This document shows, in pieces, positions 56,743 through 64,000 of a stretch of DNA of 64,000 nucleotides. The notes under the pieces were generated by a model. It was not told the DNA's origin and did no database searches. It worked only from the letters and a program-made list of their open reading frames with translations. The stretch lies in contig JALUEE010000047.1 of NCBI GenBank assembly GCA_027053075.1, forward strand, positions 32,001 through 96,000. The letters run 5' to 3'. Origin of the DNA: a candidate division WOR-3 bacterium. GTDB taxonomy: Bacteria > Hydrothermota > Hydrothermia > B15-G9 > WFZT01. The number at the start of each line of letters is the position of its first letter. The first letter of the stretch is position 1. The position numbers and the translations under genes are program-made.

Positions 56743-59532
56743 TTAAAATTCCTGTCCTATTGTTAAAGTCTGGAGCCAGCCTCCTGTAAAGCTCCTTAAA
56801 TCTGTAGGTCTTGCAACATTGTACATCAACGTGCCTATACCGAGATTAAGCCTTATGCTGAAGCCGATATCGGCTTTAAGGTCGTTTAGTTTAAAGCCCC
56901 CCTCATCACTTGTGAAGGGCTGGAATTGCTTCGAATTCTGCCACGCAGCTCCAAAGTCCATAAACAGGGCTCCCCTGATCATATCGAGCTCAATGGGCAG
57001 TGGAAATGACATTTTTAGCACATCTATAAAAGGCACTCTCAGCTCAAAGTTGGTGAGGAAAACGTGCGTTCCGTAAAAGCTATAGTAATCGTACCCACGC
57101 AGTGTCCCGGGACCACCGAGATAAAAGTAAAGAGGATTCTTTCCAGAAGATGCTCCATAGACGACCCTCGTGGCGAAAGTTGACCTTCGGGTAATTCTCA
57201 AGTAATTTCTGAAGTCCAGAAAGGCAAGCTGGTAACCCTGAGTTTTGTGGTAAACATTATCGTATTCCAGATGATATCTGGTGCCTGAAAGTGGTCCAAG
57301 ATAAGTGTATAGTGCGTTATCAAATGTAAAACCAAGATAAGCATTGAGTGGCCAGATAGTTCCCCAGTCAACAGGGTAATCGTAGGGATAAAGGTAGTGA
57401 TAATAGTAGATTCTCTCCAATCCCAGCCCGGCCTCCAATCTTTTAAACTTGTCAAATGGATACTGAATCTCCCCCATCAATCCATTTGTCTTGAAAATAT
57501 AAAACTCCGAGTTTGAAATCACCGAATAGCTCCAGTACTGGTAAAAGGAGAGACCAAGGTCAGTTCTTTTTGGAAGATAGAGATAGTCAAGCTCAAAATC
57601 TGAGTTGGATATGTCTTTTGTAAGGTCTGAGTAGAAAATAAACCTGTTGTCCCCGAGCTCATCGGATATGGAAATGGCAAACATACCGTTGAGGCCAAAT
57701 CCTGTTGAATACTGAACAACACCGGTGACCCAGTCGGCGGTAAAATATACCTTGTAATTTTCCTCTTCAGCAGAGTTTACCGTGCTCAAATCTATTTTCT
57801 TAAACGGTACCTCGCTCAACGTAACAGATTCAAGAGAATCAAGAGGGTCTTTTAACACAAATATATCCCACCCGTTGTTCCACAAAAGAGAGAAGGTGAG
57901 CTTGTCGTGTTTTTTGGACCAGTCTGGTGTTTTGATCCCGGTTATGTAATTTGTGACAAGCTGGGTCTGGCCGGTTTTCAAGTTGTACAAAACGAGGTTA
58001 AAGGAATTGTTATGATTGGCAACAAATGTTATTAGCGTATCATCCACAAATTGAGGAAAGGATATATTCCCATAGTAGGGCGTTAATTTAGAGATTTTCC
58101 CATCATGGTAAACGAAAACGGCATAACTGCCGTAGTAGAAGTTGGCGCTATCAGATATATTGTTTCTGTCAGATACAAAGATTATTTCCTTCCCGTCGGG
58201 AGAGAAATCCGGGTCATGGTCGTCAAACCTATCGTCCATTAATTTCTCCATGCTATCGCTTGTGAGGTCATAAACGTAGATGTCAGACTTGCCATCCATT
58301 AGCCCCGTAAAGACGAGTTTTTTACCATCCGGTGACCATCTGGGTTTATAAATGGCATCGAGTCCTGTTTTAATGGTTCTCTCTATCTTTTTGTTGTAGA
58401 CATTCAGGATGTGGATGACATCGCCTTTTGTAGAACGGGCTGAAAATACAATTCTGGTGCCATCCGGTGAAAAATCGAGGCCCGGCTTCAGAAGATGAAT
58501 GTTTTCGAGGGAAGGTGTCTTCTCAGCTGTGAGGAGTTTTCTAATCCTTTTACCGGTTGCGACTGAATAGAGGTAAATGCTCGAATAGCCTCCCCTATCA
58601 GACACCGCAGCAACCAGGCTCCCATCAGGAGAGATTGTAGAAGCGATGTTAAAATAGCTCCCCTCATCTTCGTGATGGGTGATCTGCTTACCCCTCCAGG
58701 GAATTTCGATATTTTTCACGTCAGGGTAGTAAAGCTTCTTCAAATAGAGCATAAACTGCCGATCAAATTCCTTTAGTGGCATATTAAAGGTCTTTTTAAC
58801 CGCACTCTCGAGACTTCCATTGAATTTTATAGAGTGGAAGAACTGGCCTATCTTTTTCTGGCCAAACATATCATTTATAAATCTGTAAATTGCCTGTCCT
58901 TCTTTGTAGTCAATATATCCGTACACATTGCTCAGTTTCTCGATGGTCAGAATTTTATCGTTAATCACAAGGTCTTTTATGTATATATCTGCTTCTTTAT
59001 CCCATCCCTGAGAGAGGTATTCGGCCATGCCCTCCATTACCCATAAGGGTATGCGAAAGGATGAGGCTGTAGAAATAGGACTTTTCATACCTTTAAAAAG
59101 AATGTTGTACTGAAAAACGTGCACAAGCTCGTGGGCGAGCACGTGACGAAAATCATCATAAGAGCCTGTAAATGGAACCACAACTCGATTTTTAAAGACC
59201 TCGGTGAATCCTCCAACTCCTTCCTCAATCAAACTGAGAATTACATTGGTCTGCTCAAAATCGTTCTGACATCTGTAAATGATGACAGGAGTTTTATCCT
59301 CTATATTGACTTTAAGGATGCCCTCGTATTTTTTGAAATATTCTTCGAGAACTGCTCCTGCAAACCGGGCGAGGTGCTCCTCTCCCTCGTAGTTGTAAAT
59401 TTTAAAGTGCCTGGTTTCCAGCACCTTCCAGTGGAAATTCTTGTACTGTACTTTGTTTTTGCCAAAGTTATAGTATTGAGAGGAAAGGAAGCTGAAACTC
59501 AGTAAAAGAAGGGGGAAAAGTTTCTTTGACAT
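56743..59532 (-). CDS. Peptidase MA-like / PD40 beta-propeller / Omp85 (BamA/TamA) barrel fusion protein
   Basis: HELVH...EGMAEY; SPDG repeats; LGGPGTLRGY, ELRVP, FMDFG; terminal Phe. Confidence 0.8.
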   Translation of the reverse strand: MSKKLFPLLLLSFSFLSSQYYNFGKNKVQYKNFHWKVLETRHFKIYNYEGEEHLARFAGAVLEEYFKKYEGILKVNIEDKTPVIIYRCQNDFEQTNVILSLIEEGVGGFTEVFKNRVVVPFTGSYDDFRHVLAHELVHVFQYNILFKGMKSPISTASSFRIPLWVMEGMAEYLSQGWDKEADIYIKDLVINDKILTIEKLSNVYGYIDYKEGQAIYRFINDMFGQKKIGQFFHSIKFNGSLESAVKKTFNMPLKEFDRQFMLYLKKLYYPDVKNIEIPWRGKQITHHEDEGSYFNIASTISPDGSLVAAVSDRGGYSSIYLYSVATGKRIRKLLTAEKTPSLENIHLLKPGLDFSPDGTRIVFSARSTKGDVIHILNVYNKKIERTIKTGLDAIYKPRWSPDGKKLVFTGLMDGKSDIYVYDLTSDSMEKLMDDRFDDHDPDFSPDGKEIIFVSDRNNISDSANFYYGSYAVFVYHDGKISKLTPYYGNISFPQFVDDTLITFVANHNNSFNLVLYNLKTGQTQLVTNYITGIKTPDWSKKHDKLTFSLLWNNGWDIFVLKDPLDSLESVTLSEVPFKKIDLSTVNSAEEENYKVYFTADWVTGVVQYSTGFGLNGMFAISISDELGDNRFIFYSDLTKDISNSDFELDYLYLPKRTDLGLSFYQYWSYSVISNSEFYIFKTNGLMGEIQYPFDKFKRLEAGLGLERIYYYHYLYPYDYPVDWGTIWPLNAYLGFTFDNALYTYLGPLSGTRYHLEYDNVYHKTQGYQLAFLDFRNYLRITRRSTFATRVVYGASSGKNPLYFYLGGPGTLRGYDYYSFYGTHVFLTNFELRVPFIDVLKMSFPLPIELDMIRGALFMDFGAAWQNSKQFQPFTSDEGGFKLNDLKADIGFSIRLNLGIGTLMYNVARPTDLRSFTGGWLQTLTIGQEF

Positions 59533-59533
59533 A

Positions 59534-60442
59534 TTAATCGTACAGAGCAGTATCAGGGATTATGTATTTGATGGGGTTAACGGGTCTGCCCATGACGCGA
59601 ACTTCATAATGGAGGTGAGGGCCAGTTGAGCGGCCCGTATTCCCTACATAGCCTATGATCTGGCCTCTCCGGACAAACTGGCCCTGTCGCACGGCCGCAC
59701 GGCTACAATGACCATACCTTGTGGTAACTCCATAACCGTGGTCAATCTCAATCATCAATCCGTAACCTCGAACCCATCTTACGGTTTTAACAATGCCATC
59801 CGCAGGTGCCACAATTGGTGTGCCAACAGGGGCAGAAATATCTATTCCATCATGATGCTTGATCTTACCTGTGAAGGGGTCGCGTCTAAAACCAAATGGG
59901 GATGTTAGGATTCCACTTGTTGGATAAATAGAAGGGGTATGCTTTCTCAATCTCTCGTCTCGGGCAAGCTTGGTGTGAATACGAGATAGGCTCTTCAGCT
60001 CAAAATCGGAATATTTGAGCATCCTGTTTAACTCGGTATCAATATTGAAAAGTTCTTTATCGAGTGTATCCTTTGGAATATCAAGATTACCACCGATACC
60101 CATCTGTTTCTGGGCAGGTGGAATAAGAGGGAGTTCCGCCACGGTCCTGATCTTGTTGTCCCATTCGTAAATAGAATCAATCCTGTGCTGGATCATGGCC
60201 ACCTTTGTCTTCATGGCATTGAGTGCCTGCTTGAGCTTCGCATTCTCCGCCTCAAGCTTAACCTGTTTATGGTAATCTACCTCAAACTTTACGTATCTGT
60301 AAGTAGCATAGCTAACAGCACCAAACAACAGGACAAGACCTGCGAGAAATAGCTTGATTTTGGCTGTTGTAAACTTGATTTCACGTGGTAAAGAATGGGA
60401 ATCCTGTGGTATGATTTTTATGTCGTATTTCACTCTTTTCAT
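59534..60442 (-). CDS. M23 family peptidase
   Basis: HDGID, RYGH, STGPHLHYE. Confidence 0.92.
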   Translation of the reverse strand: MKRVKYDIKIIPQDSHSLPREIKFTTAKIKLFLAGLVLLFGAVSYATYRYVKFEVDYHKQVKLEAENAKLKQALNAMKTKVAMIQHRIDSIYEWDNKIRTVAELPLIPPAQKQMGIGGNLDIPKDTLDKELFNIDTELNRMLKYSDFELKSLSRIHTKLARDERLRKHTPSIYPTSGILTSPFGFRRDPFTGKIKHHDGIDISAPVGTPIVAPADGIVKTVRWVRGYGLMIEIDHGYGVTTRYGHCSRAAVRQGQFVRRGQIIGYVGNTGRSTGPHLHYEVRVMGRPVNPIKYIIPDTALYD

Positions 60443-60461
60443 GGCGGAAAACTCAACCTTT

Positions 60462-60490
60462 AATATAAATTCGCGAATTTATAATGTCAA
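60462..60490 (-). promoter_or_regulatory. Sigma70 promoter with perfect 20-bp palindrome in the spacer
   Basis: TTGACA-17-TATATT; TATAAATTCGCGAATTTATA at 60464-60483. Confidence 0.65.
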
Positions 60491-60499
60491 GCAACGATT

Positions 60500-60612
60500 G
60501 AGCTTATTCCCCCACCTTTTCCTCCCCCACTCACAAAGTGAGTGGGGGAGGAAAAGGTGGGGGCAAATTTTTCATTGAAAATCAAAGGTTTTGAAATTTT
60601 TCGGACAGGCTC
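60500..60612. mobile_element. 113-bp MITE with perfect 10-bp TSD AGCAACGATT
   Basis: TSD at 60490-60499 and 60613-60622; right end TTTTCGGACAGGCTC; homologous to 52085-52188. Confidence 0.8.
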
Positions 60613-60844
60613 AGCAACGATTGGGGGTGAATGGAAATTGTTATCCACTTACTGGTCTCCTTCACCCACTTTGTGGGTATAGGACAAAACTTTCGAGAGG
60701 AATTTCCTTCAAAAGCCGACAATTTTTCTCAGCAATGAGTTAGAACCGAATGTGTCGAAAGGAAATACACATACCGTTTCCAAAAAGAGCAGTTCATCCA
60801 TAATCATGTTGCTCTGACGGGGAATTTGGATAAAAATTAAATGC

Positions 60845-63800
60845 ATGTCGCTTAAAGATTTTTATCCTATAAATCAGGGGCGTATATTTAACATCCATGG
60901 CATCATCTTCCATATCCCCGAGGATATAGTGAGTGCCTGGGACGTGGGGAAGATGCCCACAGTTGACGATATCGGGATAAGGATTCCCTGGAAAGTTGAG
61001 CTTCCCAAAAAAGAGAGATTTGAATACTTTGTAGTTATCGGTGCCAATGGGGGCTGGCCCCTTTCCCACCAGGCACGACTCCTTGTAAGATTCGATGATA
61101 AATACCGAAGACTCCCCATTTCTCCCATAAATAGACACTTTGCTCTTTTTGGTGAGATGCAGTATCGAGGACTCTGGATTCAGGCTGTGCCCGTGGGATT
61201 TGCATTTAAAGAGTTAGAAATTATAGGTCTTCAGGCAGAGCCAAACATGGGGCTACTTGCCGGAGTATTGGTCAGAAAACTACCTGAATTCAAAGAAAAG
61301 TTCGTGGAGAATTTTTTCAAAACGAGGAGTTTCTACTGTGCAGGGGATGTAAAGCCCATAACAATGGAAAAAATAGGTGTAGGTAGATGGGCAGCTGAGA
61401 TTGAGGTCCCAGATGCTGAACACGCAGAGCTCGAAATCGGGGTGGTATCAAAGAGTTCGGGTATCCTCTTGATAGATGGAAACTTGACCGGAGCAGTCAT
61501 TGATGGCACTGCGGGCTATCAGGCCATTGAGCCCGGAAAGAGGCATTTTGTTGAGGTAGAGGTTGAAGGTGAGGTCATAAAGGCCTCTTTGGTCATTTAT
61601 CCCGATGGTTACCTCAAAGAGCTTGAGAGATGGGCAGAGAGAAGGCTTAAATATATGCTGAAGGGTGTGCCTCGTACTCCGATAATCAGGCTTATCTCCC
61701 AATCTCACATAGATGTCGCATGGCTCTGGACCAAGGCAGAGACGAGAAAGAAGATAGCACGAACCGTTTCGCGCGGCATAGAGATCGCCCGGAGATTCCA
61801 CGAGTTTCCATTCGTTCAAAGCTCCCCGGGTATGATTAACTGGATCAAGCACGATTACCCCAAAACATTTTCAACGTTAAAGAAAGCTACAGAGGAGAAA
61901 TTTTTCGAGCCGGTTGGGGCAATGTGGGTGGAGCCAGATGTGAATATTCCCTCAGGAGAATCGCTGGTCAGGCAGATTGAATATGGTCTCAAATTCTGGA
62001 AGGAGGAATTTGGCACGAAGGTTAGTGTTGACTGGCTTCTGGATTCTTTCGGCTATCCCTGGACACTGCCAATGATATACAAAAAATTTGGCATAAAGGC
62101 GATGATGACGGCAAAGCTCACGTGGTTTGACACCAACCGGTTCCCATTTGACGTTTTCAGGTGGAGGGCACCAGACGGCTCAGAGGTCATCGTCCAGCAT
62201 GCGAGATTGTGCCAGTACGGGCTTGGCAAATGCTTTGCCGAATTTGACAGCTTCTGCGAAGATTATATCATCCACAATCCACTTGACCCCGAGCTTGCGG
62301 GTAAGATTTTTGACGATTCATTTGAATTTGAAGAAAGGGAGGAGATTCCTGAGGCTGAGCCCCCTGCTATGATTCTCTTTGGAGAGAGTGATGGTGGCGG
62401 AGGCCCAACCCTCGAGCAGGCAATGGTGAGTAAAAAGGCCATTGCAACAGGAAGGTTTACGGGTGGTGGTGCAAAGGAATACTTTGATGAGCTATGGGAA
62501 AGATTCCGTGATTTACTTCCTGTCTGGAATGACGAGATTTATCTTGAAACCCACAGAGGAATTTACAGCCGCGGCAGAGAGGTCAAAGACCTTCTCAAAA
62601 AGAACGAAATCGAGGCCTACAGGGCTGAGGTAGCGCTTGCCATGGCTGGAATAACGGACTTTCAGGATGAGCTCGATGCTGCATGGAAAAAGCTTTTAAT
62701 CAATCATTTTCACGATATTGCCTGTGCCACTGATTCGCGGGAAGCGTACGATGAATCTGTTGAAGAATTGAAAGAGACTCTTGATACATTTAAGTTTGTT
62801 GAAAAACAGGCCATCGGCCATTTGAGAGGTGGAAGGTTGGGGGTGCTCAACTATCTCCCCTGGGAGCGCACTGAGCCTGTGAAAATTGGTGGGAAATTGA
62901 AGTACGTGAAAGTTCCTCCTCTATCTGTCGGTAAAGGCGAGCCCGTTGAGCCACCACCGGACTTTGATTTTGAGCTCGGTTTCAAGGAATGGAAGATTCA
63001 TTCGATTTTATACCGCGGTCGCGAGCTTCTACGGGCACCTCTTGAGTTTGAGCTTTTCCGGGATGAGCACAAAGGAGCTTGGACATGGAATATTGACCCT
63101 GAGTATGAGCTCAATCCCCTGGCCGTGGAATTTGTTAATCTGAATGTGCACAAGGAGCAGAATAGGATTGTCTATCGCTACTCTTACAAGCTCGGCCAGG
63201 ATTCGCGCGGTATGATTATTATTACAAATGTAAAGGGTAGAAAATGGCTTGACCTCGATATAGTGCTCGATTGGCATGAGGACTTTACCATTCTTAAATT
63301 AGGATTTCCCTTTAATATCGAGTCAGAAGGGGCCAATTGTGGCATTCCTTATGGGATCAAATTCAGACCCTTCAAGCCAACCTCCAGCCTTCAGCGTGCG
63401 AAGTGGGAAGTGCCTGTCAAACGTTTCGCAGATGTTAGTGATGGTAAGTTTGGGGTTTCCATTTTTACATTTTCCAACTATGGATTTGATTTCAAGAAGG
63501 GCTATCCACGGGTAACGCTTGTGAGAACTGCCCCTGTTTGGCCATACCCGGAGCTTGACTATGGTGAGATTCGAATGAAGTTTGCCATCTATCCGCATGA
63601 GGGGGATTATGTACAGGGCGACGTGGAAAGGACTTACCGTGAATTTATCCACCCACTGCGAGAAATATTCTACCGTGAAGACATCTCCCTGCTTGAGGTA
63701 TCACCCTCACCATTGGTAAGTGATTCCATTCGTTTGATGGGGGATGGTCAGGTGGAGGTACGTCTTTTTAATCCATCGAGCAAAAGTATCGAGGCAAGAG

Positions 63801-63883
63801 TTTCGACGCAGGAAATGGAGAGGGAAACGCGTGTAAGGGGATATAGCCTTACTGAAGTTTACATCAAAAACCCGCAGTTATAA
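60845..63883 (+). CDS. Glycoside hydrolase family 38 (alpha-mannosidase-like)
   Basis: SHIDVAWLW, WVEPD.NIPSGESLVRQ, LDSFG, GESDGGGGP, YLETHRG, HFHDI. Confidence 0.9.
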   Translation: MSLKDFYPINQGRIFNIHGIIFHIPEDIVSAWDVGKMPTVDDIGIRIPWKVELPKKERFEYFVVIGANGGWPLSHQARLLVRFDDKYRRLPISPINRHFALFGEMQYRGLWIQAVPVGFAFKELEIIGLQAEPNMGLLAGVLVRKLPEFKEKFVENFFKTRSFYCAGDVKPITMEKIGVGRWAAEIEVPDAEHAELEIGVVSKSSGILLIDGNLTGAVIDGTAGYQAIEPGKRHFVEVEVEGEVIKASLVIYPDGYLKELERWAERRLKYMLKGVPRTPIIRLISQSHIDVAWLWTKAETRKKIARTVSRGIEIARRFHEFPFVQSSPGMINWIKHDYPKTFSTLKKATEEKFFEPVGAMWVEPDVNIPSGESLVRQIEYGLKFWKEEFGTKVSVDWLLDSFGYPWTLPMIYKKFGIKAMMTAKLTWFDTNRFPFDVFRWRAPDGSEVIVQHARLCQYGLGKCFAEFDSFCEDYIIHNPLDPELAGKIFDDSFEFEEREEIPEAEPPAMILFGESDGGGGPTLEQAMVSKKAIATGRFTGGGAKEYFDELWERFRDLLPVWNDEIYLETHRGIYSRGREVKDLLKKNEIEAYRAEVALAMAGITDFQDELDAAWKKLLINHFHDIACATDSREAYDESVEELKETLDTFKFVEKQAIGHLRGGRLGVLNYLPWERTEPVKIGGKLKYVKVPPLSVGKGEPVEPPPDFDFELGFKEWKIHSILYRGRELLRAPLEFELFRDEHKGAWTWNIDPEYELNPLAVEFVNLNVHKEQNRIVYRYSYKLGQDSRGMIIITNVKGRKWLDLDIVLDWHEDFTILKLGFPFNIESEGANCGIPYGIKFRPFKPTSSLQRAKWEVPVKRFADVSDGKFGVSIFTFSNYGFDFKKGYPRVTLVRTAPVWPYPELDYGEIRMKFAIYPHEGDYVQGDVERTYREFIHPLREIFYREDISLLEVSPSPLVSDSIRLMGDGQVEVRLFNPSSKSIEARVSTQEMERETRVRGYSLTEVYIKNPQL

Positions 63884-64000
63884 TTTCGACCTGAAGTTGT
63901 AAAGCTTGATTCCTTGATGGTATTTAATATGCGTTGTAAAATTTTATCGATGATTTTTAATAAATAGTTCTTTGAATCAAAAATTCTCAAGGAGGCATAA

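Overview
Bacterial chromosomal window, probably from a thermophilic FCB-superphylum lineage (WOR-3-like; inferred from PorV, secreted proteins with C-terminal sorting-type tails and a Pyrococcus-type ferredoxin). The left third is a CRISPR region. It has a 20-repeat array (3503-4789), a second unrelated 4-repeat mini-array (2808-3043), an intervening sigma54 two-component/multiheme cytochrome module, and a minus-strand type III-C-like operon (cas6, cmr1, cmr6, cas10/csx11, cmr4, cmr5, cmr3, csx15, 4TM-CARF effector). Unusual features of the operon: Cmr1 carries a PDZ-like insertion in its glycine-rich loop; Cas10 lacks both HD and GGDD motifs yet sits with a cOA-type membrane effector and a ring-nuclease-family gene; and the cassette is bracketed by a 5' cmr1 scar and a 3' cmr6 scar, suggesting it replaced an earlier type III-B module in place. 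The rest is housekeeping and envelope genes (metG, argCBG, tRNA-Gly, slt, uppP, mreBCD-mrdA, mutS, liu-like carboxylase genes, TonB receptor/PorV, slyD, def/fmt, yajC, Omp85 fusion, GH38). Intergenic regions contain hairpin-rich MITEs with 9-10 bp target duplications, C-GAA-G hairpins and several apparently leaderless promoters. All family calls come from motif recognition by eye, not database searches.
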